From: Eledone cirrhosa
Taxonomy: Eukaryota
Direction: 5' to 3'
Assembly (NCBI GenBank): GCA_964016885.1
Contig: OZ024745.1
Span: forward strand, 81,406,001 to 81,470,000
Length of the DNA stretch: 64,000 nt
Part shown: positions 27,931 to 40,224 of the stretch, piece by piece
Numbering within the stretch: position 1 is the stretch's first letter
Layout: each line of letters begins with the position of its first letter
Position numbers and translations under genes: made by a program
Notes under the pieces: generated by a model
The model's input: the letters and a program-made list of their open reading frames with translations, nothing else
Databases searched by the model: none
What the model was told of the DNA's origin: nothing

Positions 27931-29915
27931 TCCTCCTCTATATCTCTTTCTCACATCCATTCTCTCACTCCTCTACCTCCCTCTGGAAGAAATCTGCTGT
28001 ATTCAAACCTGGAAAGGAGATGGGCTCTGCCAGATTTTAAAATGTCCAAGGGACGCCGTATGTCAATACGGCGCTCCTTAGAAGTTACGAGACCATACAT
28101 TCATATATAACATCAAAGTAAAAATCATTTTTTTATGTAACACAAACTTTTCTCCGCAAGTTTTTTTCACCATCAAAAGTACAGAATCTGTGGTGCTAAT
28201 TATTGGTAGAAATTCAAAGTGTAAACTACAAATCGTTAGGTTACAATGACCTTTATCATCACCTTTCATTGCCTCGCATGGCTACCGTTCTATAAAGCAC
28301 CACACTTTCTGGGTGGTTAAATAATATTTTATTTGGCTTCAACTTTGAGTAAACGTTGGTTTTTCTAACTTCACATAGAATTAGTAGAGCGTTGGGGAAA
28401 ATGGAAAAATATTTGTTAGGATCTATGGACGGTCCTTCATCTTCATTCTAAGTTCAAAACTTGGTGGGTTCAACTTTAACTTTAATTCTTTCGGTGTCGG
28501 TAAAATAATTACTAGTTAATTATTTGGTCGACTAACACACCTCATGCAAAATGTGTGTCATTGTGTCTCTGTCAGAAATCATTGTTGGTGTGTAGAAATT
28601 GTAGAGCACCGAAATAAATTCATTTTTCATCCGAGTTTTTAATCGTCCTATTTTTCGTTTAAAATTTCGCTGGTGTTTATTCTACATTTTTATATTTCTG
28701 TGTCAATAAAAGGTGTAACGGCACTGATGGGCCCCGTCTTTGTGTGTTCCAGTTGTTCGACCAACGGAACAATCTACTTATGGAATTAACGTGCTGAGTA
28801 TTCTACAGATATGAGCACCCTTAAAGTAATTCTCGATTAGTGTGTGACAAGGCTGGTCTTTGGATTAAAGGTACAGTATATCCAACTGACTTAAAAACAG
28901 TTTCCTGTCAACTCAATTTCACTTACAAGACATTGGGTCAACACAAGGCTATGGTAAATGACACTTGCGCAAGTTGTCACGCAGTTGGAATCGAACTCGA
29001 AAGCTAATGATTGTGAAGCGAACCTCTTAACAATTCGATCCTATTTCTTCCACAGTACCTACAATATACTATAGGTTATTCAATAGATTTGACCCCAATT
29101 TGGACCATTTCTCTTGATTTACAGTGCTAATTCTTTAGAAACAAACCTGGATATAACAACTACCAATTTCCCTCATAACATGTTGCTCGACTTGTGAGGT
29201 ATAGCAATCAAATCTCTCTCAAATCCCACCATACCGTCTTTTAAAAAACGAAAGATTAATTGGTTATTGTAATCTGAGATAAACTTTGTCCGAAAAGATG
29301 GGTTGGTCATGGCTAGTATTCTTTTGATCATCACAAGTCAGCTTACATAAAAGCAACTTCATGCGTTACAAATAGTAAAAAAAAAAATGCTATTTTCCTT
29401 TTTATATAACACGTCTTGCATTAACTGTTTTTTTTTACTTGATGAAATGAGATATCACCCTCCCCATGTCTTACTTAAGCATTAGTTAATCAGACGAGAG
29501 ATCACCTTCCTCATGTTTTGTTCTAACTGCTATTTTACTTGATAAAACGAGAGATCATCCTCATCCACCCTGTGCATTACTTAAGCTGTTACCTTACTTG
29601 AGTCAACGAGAGATCACCCACCACGCGTTTTGCTCAAATTGCTGTTTTACTCGGGCAAACGAAAAAGCTACAACGCGGTCGTTCAATCAATATCAAAATG
29701 CAACCAAATCTCCCTCAAACCATACCCTATTGTCTAAAAAAAGGGAAATGCGTATTGGATAGTGCAATTACCTGCAAAAGATTGGATATTCGTGGTTGGA
29801 ACGCTTTTTAACATAGGTCAATTCGATTAGAATTGATCTGGGCCTAAACAACGAGAATAACGACTGCTTTACACTTTCTCTTTGTGTGTGTGTATGTAAG
29901 TGAAAGAGAGAGAGG

Positions 29916-30005
<90 letters not shown>

Positions 30006-30917
30006 TTCTTCCTGGAGTTCGTGTATAGCTTTCGTCAGCCATCATTTTCTACCTCTTTTACATATTCTAGTTGTTGGACTACGGCTATACTGGGGCACCA
30101 CTATTCTTATTATATTTTAAATGTAGCTTCACGTCTAACAGCGGTAAATAAACTATAATTAATTGGTTGACTGATATCACCACTGTTTTTTTTTACTTTA
30201 TCTTAAATAGATATTTAATTACTTTTATAGTTGTTATTGCAAAACCTTCTTCTTCTTCTTCTTCTTCTTCTTCTTCTTCTTCTTCTCTGTCTCCGCGACA
30301 TCATCTTTCTCCTGCTTCTCCTTCTCCCTCCTTCTTTAAAACCTCTTAAGTTCAAAACAGAAAAAGACGTATTTTAAAGTTTTCGTTTTGTGGCTATTTG
30401 CCATCTTTATTACAAAACAAGTCTGTGTTTTGAAGTAGCTTTCAACAACAACAAAACAAAAACAAAACAAAAAAAATAATAAAAAAATAAACAACAAACG
30501 TTCATTTATTATTTTACTTGTCTCCCTTCATCTTTGGCAATAGTCCAGACCTATCGTTATTTACCCCGAACATTTTCTTAAGCTTCATCTATCGTTTTCA
30601 AATAATACTCAACGTGCGAAGCACTTCTTAAATTGTATTTTCTTTTCTGCTTTTATGATTTTCCGGTACATTTATTTTGAAAGTATTTTGTTTACTTTCA
30701 AAGAAAAATCCTTCATTTTGCTCCTGTTTATATATTCTTGCATATACTATGAAATCTTATAGCATATTTCAGATAATAGTTGGTTATCAAAATACATAAC
30801 GTAGTATATATGTTGAGTTTCTCCTTTTTTGTTTTTAAATAAAGACATAAATATTTGAGAATTGGGTGCTTGTTTGATATATAAATACACCAGTGTTTAT
30901 TCTGATCCACCGGGAGC

Positions 30918-31272
30918 AGATAGCTAGATCATAGTTGATCCACTGAAAGTAGATAGGCAGTAGTTGATCTACTGAGAGCAGAAAGGTCATAGTTGATCTA
31001 CTGATAGTAGATAGATCATAGTTGATCAACTGATAGTAGATAGATCATTGTTGATCATAGTTGATCTACTGATAGCAGATAGATTGTAGTTGATCTACTG
31101 ATAGTAGACAGATCATAGTTGATCTACTGACAGTCGACAGATCATAGTTGATGTTCAAGTAGATAAATCATAGTTGATCTATTGAAAAGAGTACATAGAT
31201 CATAGTTCAACTACTGAGAGTAGACAGATTATGGTTGAACTAATAAGAACACAAAGATCATAGTTGATCTAC
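30918..31272. repeat. About 29-bp hairpin-forming minisatellite, about 12 units
   Basis: Unit TAGATCATAGTTGATCTACTGATAGTAGA, with internal dyad TAGATCA/TGATCTA. Confidence 0.9.
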
Positions 31273-32285
31273 CGAGTGATCCATGATGAAATTACGACAT
31301 CGTTCAATTTAAACTAGGTGATCTGGGTTTAGTCTTTTGTGGAAATTTAATTTCAATCAAAGTAGATGTAGTCAAGATTACTCCCAAAAGTCAATATTTC
31401 CTTCCTACAAATTTTTGAAAATTTCCATCGTTAAAAACTGGGTACGACGTCATTATGGACATTAATTTTCGTTTCTTGAGGCACACTCGGGTCATTATAA
31501 AAATATTCTCGATATAATATATTAAATCATATAATTAAATTTTAAGGAAGCTTCGCTTTATTTTGTATATTCAGGGACTATTCCAAACGTAATTTCTAGA
31601 AGATTGTTTAAGATTCTATTCGCTGTATTCTGGAAGCATTTACCCAGAGGTCATGCACTAGTAGGAAAGTGATCGACCTCGTGCAACATTATATTTCATA
31701 CTGTAGTGTTAGCATACATCTGAGATAATATGAGATGTCAATTTTATGCCTTTTGTGAAATAAGATACAGCTACATACCTCTTGATATGTATAATGTCAA
31801 TGTGTATATGCTTTTTAATATATGTATAACAATTACAAGGAGGGGAGATGGGCACCACCAGCTCTTTCATTTGAAATACCATAATGGACACAAGGTAAAA
31901 TGTCTAGAGTGGCACACCAATGATTGGCTGCAGCAGTTATAGAGAGATGGGCCCCGCCAAGTATTTCTAAGGACCATTGAAATACCCTGATAGACACAGA
32001 AACATTTCTAAAATAGCATCCCAACGACTGGCAGCACCAGTTAAGTTGATTGATTGATTAATAACAATTACACATGGAACATTCATATCTTTAAAACATC
32101 GTATGCAAAAGTGAAGCGAATTGTTTTTGTCACTTTAGAATATGAAATGATGATAAAATGCAACAAAAAATGAATTTAACAGTTTTTTTTTCTTGTATTT
32201 TTACGATGTTATTACTTTAGTTTCAGCGCATGAACTTCAAAGAAGCCCGCCCCCCTTTTAATGAGTAAACACATTCTAATATAAA

Positions 32286-32383
<98 letters not shown>

Positions 32384-32668
32384 CGTGCGCGCGCATGTGT
32401 GTGTATACATACACATGTGAAGGCACGTGGCTGATAGGTTATGGAATTGGATTCGCAATTGTGATGTTGTGAGTTCGATGCGTTATGTCCTTAAGCAAGA
32501 CACTTTATTTCACGTTGCTCCTTCTACCTGAAAACATTGTTTCCTCGGCCCAATTTGACGACCTCCACCACCCTCGTTACGCGAATGAGGTCTGGGATCT
32601 TGTCGATTGACTGATATATATATATATATGTATGTGTATGTATATATATATATATATACATACATACA

Positions 32669-32970
32669 TATTGAGTAGTGACTCGCGTTTCGCTATTGAT
32701 CAGGTCAAGGTTCGATCTGTATCGATCTGGACCGACTTTGGAATGAAAATCTCGTCGGTCCTCTGCTGGAGTAATGACAGAATGAACATTACCCCAGCAG
32801 ATGTCCGACGAGCTTTTGATTCCAGAGTCGGTCCAGAGTCGATCCAGGTCGATACAGATCGAACCTTGAGCTAATCAATAGCGAAACGCGCGTCACTACT
32901 CAATAAACGTAATGAAGGCTTAACAAATCGTCCTTTTATTATTATCATTCTGCTTAGTTCTACACCTCTT
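32669..32970 (+). mobile_element. HHR-bearing 3' end with inverted duplication (palindrome 32669-32905)
   Basis: Each arm has CCGACGA...GAAA-CGCG(C/A)G-UC-ACU. Homologous to 1430-1590. Confidence 0.8.
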
Positions 32971-33054
32971 TACATACATACATATTTATATATACTCTAT
33001 TACTCTTTTATCTGTTCCAGCCATCCGGCTTTATATATATATATACATATATAT

Positions 33055-33662
33055 ATATGAAAAAGTTTGTCCTCATCAGTGGCCATCCAACCGTCGTAGG
33101 CATTTCGTCGCATTAAAGGCCATATACCTCAGGTTGGTGCGAGCAACGGCTAAAAAAAAGTCGTTGGGACACGTAAATAAAGGGGACGCTAGGGTAAACA
33201 AACAAAATGGTTTAAGCAGCAGAACTGGGACTTGTTTCCTTCTTCCTCTCTTTCTGCTGCTTAAACCATTTTGTTTGTTTACCCTAGCGTCCCCTTTATT
33301 TACGTGTCCCAACGACTTTTTTTTAGCCGTTGCTCGCACCAACCTGAGGTATATGGCCTTTAATGCGACGAAATGCCTACGACGGTTGGATGGCCACTGA
33401 TGAGGACAAACTTTTTCATATGTAACCCATTTGCAGCGCCGCAGCTCCATTATTATCATATTTACACATATATTTTTTCCTCCGCTGCCACCAGTCTGTT
33501 TCGTTCTTTGTGTCTTTACCCTTTCTAGCAGTCTCTCTCTGTTAGCCTCTTCCTCACCTTTCACTCACTCACTCTCTGTCACTACCTCTCCTCCTCCCCT
33601 TTCTTCCCGTTTGACCTGTCCACAATCCTTTTCTCGCGGGCACTTGGCCAAGCCGGTATGAA

Positions 33663-33725
<63 letters not shown>

Positions 33726-34112
33726 GCGACTTCACAGAACTTATGTTTACCGAATTCGCAGACCAGACCCCTTCTTCCTCCCGTTAGACCTGTGCGAAAT
33801 TCCTTCCTTGCTCACATTTCAACCAGGTTTGATGGTCTTTATTCTCTCGTTCACGATTCCACCGAATTTATATTCATAGAAATCTGGGACTTGTTTCCTT
33901 CTTCCTCTCTTTCTGCTGCTTAAACCATTTTGTTTGTTTACCCTAGCGTCCCCTTTATTTACGTGTCTCAACGACTTTTTTTAGCCGTTGCTCGCACCAA
34001 CCTGAGGTATATGGCCTTTAATGCGACGAAATGCCTACGACGGTTGGATGGCCACTGATGAGGACAAACTTTTTCATATGTAACCCATTTGCAGCGCCGC
34101 AGCTCCATTATT

Positions 34113-34119
<7 letters not shown>
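33055..34119 (+). mobile_element. Non-coding PLE-like element: inverted repeat + two 236-bp direct repeats, 659-bp period
   Basis: 33225-33461 equals 33884-34119, and 33055-33223 is their reverse complement. (TA)n on both sides; no credible ORF. Confidence 0.9.
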
Positions 34120-34170
<51 letters not shown>

Positions 34171-34175
<5 letters not shown>

Positions 34176-34575
34176 GACCATTCGCTATCAATTTTAAAGT
34201 AGTGACTATGTCATTAAACATACGGTATATTGCCAAATATACTATATATACATTCATGTATACATCGCTATTTCAGAGCACCAATACTAATATATATATT
34301 TATGTATATGTATATATAATATATATATATATTTGTGTATATATATACATATGTGTGTGTGTGTATATATATTCTAGGGCAGGTAAAATTCCCGAGAACC
34401 ATGGACGAGTTCTCTGCAGCGGTCTCTGTCTCTCATTATCGCTGCCATGTCCTGCAGGTGTAATGACTTGGGCTTTGGTGTTGGTGTAGAGCAGTGATAT
34501 CAGATCCACTATCTTCTTATATACACACACATATGTATATATATATACACAAATATATATATATATTATATATAC

Positions 34576-34653
<78 letters not shown>

Positions 34654-34766
34654 TAGTATTGGTGCTTTGAAATAGCGATGTATACATGAATGTATGTATA
34701 GTATATTTGGCAATATACCTTATATTTAATGACACTACTTTAAAACTGATAGCGAATGGTCTTCTA
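34171..34766. repeat. Inverted duplication (34171-34365 / 34519-34766) enclosing an RTE 3' fragment (34375-34455, minus)
   Basis: AGAAGACCATTCGCTATCA... pairs with ...TGATAGCGAATGGTCTTCT. The spacer matches the RTE end at 2880-2961. Confidence 0.85.
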
Positions 34767-34819
34767 AATGTTTTTAATTAAACATACGGTATATTGTCAA
34801 ATATACTATACATACATTC

Positions 34820-34865
<46 letters not shown>

Positions 34866-35149
34866 TCTGACGATAATTTATTAATGTTTTGTTGCTGACC
34901 TCTACTAAATTGAACATAACATAAACGTTAATTAAATATAATGTATTGCAGCACGTAAAACAACTAAATGCTTTGAAAGAATTCTTTTCTGTCTTGTTAT
35001 ATTGCTATATATGCCCTGTATTTTTATAGCTCCTTAATTATTCAATTTATTAACACAGGGTTTTCCAAAACTGTTATTTCTTTGCAGTATTAACCCTCTT
35101 CAGATTCAATCTAATACTACTTGTTACATATACAAATGTTACGTTCCTA

Positions 35150-35427
35150 GCGCACCCGCGAAGAGTGAAAAACCGTGAATATTGGACGTAGTCCATAAAA
35201 ATGCCTATAAACGTAAAGTACAGGCCGGCAAATACGGTATATTGTTATGAATAATTTAGTGTTAAAAAGCGTGAAAAAATAAATATTGCCACGAAAAAAG
35301 CCATGAAAACATCGCGGAAGATATTTATGATTCCGCGAATATGCGATGGTCTCCACGAACAATTATTTGTTAGGTTCTATGAAAAATTCTGCGAATAACC
35401 AAAACCGCGAATGTCGGGGGTTCACTG
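35150..35427 (-). mobile_element. Tc1/mariner-pogo-like MITE end
   Basis: TA-CAGTGAACCCCCGACATTCGCGG terminus and repeated CGCGAA motifs. Confidence 0.5.
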
Positions 35428-35516
35428 TACGCTTTTTAAAAAAATGTTATTACTCATACCTGTTCCAGCCATACGGCTGGGTCCATACTGGGGCATATAT
35501 GTGTGAGTGTGTTGTG

Positions 35517-35576
<60 letters not shown>

Positions 35577-35627
35577 ATAGAACAAAAAATAAAACAGAAG
35601 TCAGGCGCAGGAAGGTAGTTAGTTCGT

Positions 35628-35757
35628 TGTGCTACGATCGTTTCAGAGGGTCTATTGATCAGTGGAGATCGATGTAACGACTAGCATGGTAGTGGTTCAG
35701 TTACTACCTATTTCTAGTCTCGAAATCTCTGTTCAATCGGCCGTTTTCTTCAGAAAT
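35628..35757 (-). ncRNA. Hammerhead core with very long (about 100 nt) stem II; stem I not formed
   Basis: CUGAAGA...GAAA-CGAUCG-UA, with nested helices AUUGA/UCAAU, GAGAU/AUCUC, GACUAG/CUAGUC and GGUAGU/ACUACC. Confidence 0.6.
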
Positions 35758-36009
35758 ATTATATATATATATGTGTGTGTCTGAGTGTGTGTGTGTATGC
35801 GTGTGCATGTATGTGTGTATGTATTTGCGTGTGTCTATAGGTAAGACTGCCATTCGCCTTAACTAGAACATAAACAAATGAAAGTAAATCCGAAAGTTAT
35901 CCTCGAATACAATGGCATACAAGATGGTCCTGTCTACGGCAGTGTTACTCAAAGTGGTGGTCCAAGGACCGATGCCGGTATGCAAGCCATCAGCTACCGG
36001 TGTGTGGCC

Positions 36010-36249
36010 AGTGTCCAGGCCATGCTAAGGAATCATTTGAGGAATTTTTTTATTACTTTTTTATATGTTTTGATATTGTATTATTTGTTTACAAAATAAA
36101 TAGAAGATAAAAAAATGGTCAACTATTATTATATTCATTATATATATCGTTTCCGGTATAAATTAATATTACTACGAAATATTAGCGGTACGTGGCACAT
36201 TGAAAAGAAAAATGCCGGTCCGCCACATCAGATAGTTTGTGAAGCACTG
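36010..36249 (-). mobile_element. hAT (Charlie-like) MITE end
   Basis: CAGTGCTTCACAAAC terminus followed by GGCGGACCGGC. Confidence 0.5.
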
Positions 36250-36410
36250 GTCTACGGGGATCTCAGTCCATACGGTATCAAGGCATGATATGCATATATG
36301 CAAATAAGACCGTCAATAGTTCAAACTTATATATATATGTTTTTCAAATGAGTGTAGGAAGTAGACACCATTCCGGAAACTTACACATTAGGGTGAATAG
36401 GACACACACA

Positions 36411-36485
<75 letters not shown>

Positions 36486-36643
36486 AGGAGGTTATAGTTC
36501 ACTTGAAGCATTGTGTAATGAGGTATAAACGTTTGAATATGTGTAATAAGGCCAAAACAATGCAGGTATGGACATAGAAAAAAGAATGCAATAGTGAAAG
36601 ATATTGATGAGAATTCGTCTTTCACCTTGAATTTATTTAAATG

Positions 36644-36680
36644 TCCTTAATTTTCGAGATAATATCTCTTCTTCGGAGGG
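36644..36680 (-). ncRNA. Minimal hammerhead (CCGAAGA core), with copies at 39778-39814 (-) and 43456-43492 (+)
   Basis: CCU-CCGAAGA-A-GAGAU/AUCUC-GAAAAU-UA-AGG. Identical in all three pLTRs. Confidence 0.65.
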
Positions 36681-37087
36681 AAGTAAAGGTCTCAAACCAG
36701 CGTCTTAAATCTCCAGTCAAGCCATGCTGACCGGAAATAGTATATAGTATCTGTTCTAACTCTAATATCAAAGAATTAAAATTAGGTGGATAAAGAGTAG
36801 TCTCCCTTTAAGAGGGGTTTGTTTAGGTTTTGTATTTATTTTTTTTTTTTTATTTTATATACGTGCCTGTATATCTGTGTGGGAGAATGCATGAAGGTGT
36901 AGGTATGTGGGTGTGTGTGTGTGAGTGTGGGAAGATAGGTCTAATCGTAAAAGTGGGGGGTAGGTGTTATCTGGTGTTAGAACTGGTTTTGTGTGTGTAT
37001 GTGTGAGAGAGAATAAGTGGAGGTGTAAGCATGTGTGTGTGCGCGTGCGTGTGTGTGGGGTGTGTAAATATGGGGCTAGAGGCCCTA

Positions 37088-39645
37088 TCAGGTTATAAAT
37101 TGGGTGTTGAGCTCTAGTCTATTATTGATTGGTGGATGTGTTTTATCTATAATAAGTGCTTCCTTAATTCTAAGATTGCCGAGGTTTCTTTCCTTAGTTT
37201 CTATCCTAACTGTTATGTTTTTATCGGTGTTTTTGCATTTAACTCGGTGTTTCTTAAATGAGGAAGCGTTAGTATTGAGGTGTTCTTTTATTCTTATGTG
37301 GAGTGGTCTGGTGGTGCTACCTACGTAGAAGTTGTTGCATTTGTCACACTCTAGTCTGTATACTACGTAAGCCTGGTGGCATAGGTCTGTGTCGTTGATG
37401 GGGCAGTTGGCTAGTCTGCAGCAGTTGTCATGTCTGGTGGAGTGTCTCTTGGCCAGCCGTCCGCGCAGAGAAGGACCCGAGTGGGCCAGTTGGATATCCA
37501 GTCCCTCTCGTCTGATGGCTCTGCGGATGGCTGTTGTTGTTTCTTCACTGAAGTGTGGGAGCTTCAGGAAGCAAGTGTTAGTGACTCGGGTGTGGTGTCC
37601 TCTGTTCTTTCTGGCACGGTTTGTGGTGGATGTCGTGTATCCGTTCAGTTTGAGTACTTCCAGGAAATGTGTGGTGTGTGTGTCTCGGTCTCTGGCGTCG
37701 GTGAATTTGTTCTTGATACGTGCCAGTTCGTTCTTTATGTATCCGAACTTGGCACCGAGTGGGAGGGCCGATCTGAAATGTACGAACAGTCCCTGCTGGC
37801 GGATTTTTTATAGAAGCAGGTGTGGATGTTGACTTCCTCTGTTACCCTGAGTTGGAAGTCCAGTAGGGATAGGGATCCGCGGTCATCGGTGTGTTCCATG
37901 CTGAACTTTATACAGGCGTCCATGCTGGAGAATGTTGTGTATATTTTCTCTGCCTCCTCACGGGATGATGTAAGGATGAGTATGTCATCTACATATCGGG
38001 TGAAGAAGGCATGGGAATGGCAGGTGTTGAGGGCTCGGCATTCTAGCAGGCCCGAAAGGCTGGATCCCATGGGTAATCCTGTTGTCTGTCTGTATGTGTG
38101 GTGGTGGAAGGTGAAGTACGTGTTGTCTACTGTGAAGGACAAAAGCTGGTGTATGTCCGTCGGGTGGAGGCCGTAGCAGTGGATGTTCTCTGCGACCACG
38201 CAGTCCGTCAATAAATCGACAGCTGGGTGAGCGGGGACTGTAGTGTAGAGGGAGACAACGTCGAGGCTAAAAGCGTATTTATTTAGTTTAAGTTGTTCTG
38301 GCTGGAGTTGGTGTAGTCTACGTATAACTTCGTCGGAGCTACTGACATGCCCGGGGAAGGTGGAGAGTAGAGGCTTGAGGACCTGGGAGAGAAGCCAGGA
38401 AATTTTGTATTGGGGTCCTTCTATGCTAGAGACGATAGGTCTTATTTGCGTCTTAGTGCTATTCTTGTGGGTCTTGATGAGGTGGTAGAAAGTGGGCAGT
38501 CTGCTATTTCTAGTGGTGTAGTTGAGCTTAATTTTATTCGGGAGTTGTCTTCTCCTACAGATATCGAAACAAATGGATTTGGTCTGTTTTTCGATTTGGG
38601 CTGCAGTCATGTCCGGGATCACTGTGTACAATTCACTGCCGCTTAGGTGTTCGAAGGCTAGGTTATTGTATGTGGCTTGAGAGATGACGCAGAACTTTTT
38701 ACCTTTGTCGGATGGTAAGTAAATAAGTTCCTTATTCCGTAGGTTCTTCAGGGCGAGTTGTTGTGTCCTGGAGAGGTTAGGGGCCATCTTCTTCTGTTTC
38801 CGTAAGATGTTAAATACGGAATGTTTTAGTCTCGAGAGTTTTTCTTCCAGCTCGCGGTTGGCGGGCGGTGGATAGAGTGGGCGATCTAGTTGGTATATCG
38901 GGAATCTGGGTGTGGTGGATTCCGTGGTGTTGTTGTCGAGAGTCGATATCCATTTCAGTTGGTAGGCAGCCCGACAGAAATTCGTTTCTATGTCGAGCCA
39001 TAGTCTGTCGTCCAGTCTCTGTTTCAATATGAACTTGGGACCCAGGCTGAGGAGATCTAATTCCTCTCGGGAGAGGGATCCTGTCAAGTCTGTGACGAGG
39101 TGTTTTGCGTCAGGTATGTTGTTGGTCGGGGTGCCGCTAGGTTCGGTGTTGGTAACGTATTGTTCGCCTCTGTTGGTGTTTAGCGTTGGGATGTTGTTAA
39201 GACAGTTGGCCGTCCTGAGTTTGAGAAATGTTTGCGTTAGGCGTATTTTCTCGTAGTCTCGGCGGTGGTGGTATGACCTGTCTATAGTGGCGGAGATGAC
39301 CCTGGACAGAGGTTCTGGGGTTTCAGCGAGTTGTGGTACAAGGCTGGAAATAGTCCGTATGTGATGTTGTAGTGTGCGGTGTAGGTGTTGTATGAGTTTT
39401 CTTAGGCAGAATTTTTGTATGTAACTGAGTGATCGTTTGAGGCCTGGTGATTTGAAGCATGTTGGTAGGTGTAAATTTTTGATGGTTTTGGGGATGATGT
39501 TGTTATTCGGGCATCGTTTTAGGAAGTTTATTTGGCAGCCGGCTTTGGCGCGCTTTTCAGATAGCTGGAAGAGTTTCTTTACAGTTGTCAACTGGGCCTA
39601 GCTCAGGCGTAATGAAAGGAGGAGGTTATAGTTCACTTGAAGCAT
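37088..39645 (-). pseudogene. PLE RT + GIY-YIG ORF, near full length, with few lesions
   Basis: 618-aa ORF 37735-39591 (LGPKF, PSDKG, KTHK, IRPIVS, SLDVVSLYT, GLPMGS, RYVDD). ATG at 39645 with an in-frame TAG at 39598-39600, an 8-codon deletion after GLL and a frameshift near 37790. The endonuclease continues to 37088. Confidence 0.93.
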
Positions 39646-40224
39646 TGTGTAATGAGGTATAAACGTTTGAATATGTGTAATAAGGCCAAAACAATGCAGG
39701 TATGGACATAGAAAAAAGAATGCAATAGTGAAAGATATTGATGAGAATTCGTCTTTCACCTTGAATTTATTTAAATGTCCTTAATTTTCGAGATAATATC
39801 TCTTCTTCGGAGGGAAGTAAAGGTCTCAAACCAGCGTCTTAAATCTCCAGTCAAGCCATGCTGACCGGAAATAGTATAGAGTATCTGTTCTAACTCTAAT
39901 ATCAAAGAATTAGAATTAGGTGGATAAAGAGTAGTCTCCCTTTAAGAGGGGTTTGTTTAGGTTTTTTATTTATTTGTTGTTTTTTTTAATTTTATATACC
40001 TGCCTGTATATGTGTGTGGGAGAATGCATGAAGGTGTAGGTATGTGGGTGTGTGTGTGTGAGTGTGGGAAGATAGGTCTAATCGTAAAAGTGGGGGGTAT
40101 GTGTTATCTGGTGTTAGAACTGGTTTTGTGTGTGTATGTGTGAGAGAGAATAAGTGGAGGTGTAAGCGTGTGTGTGTGCGCGTGCGTTTGTGTGGGGTGT
40201 GTAAATATGGGGCTAGAGGCCCTA

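Noticed and set aside
30918-31272. CRISPR-like array
   Set aside because: The linkers are short and related to each other, there are no cas genes, and the context is eukaryotic.
33420-33455. Twister-like words (UAAUGGAGC...GGUUACA) on minus
   Set aside because: The remaining twister elements and pseudoknot pairings are absent.
33076-33564. 162-aa and 88-aa mirror ORFs
   Set aside because: By-products of the inverted repeat, with no domain similarity.
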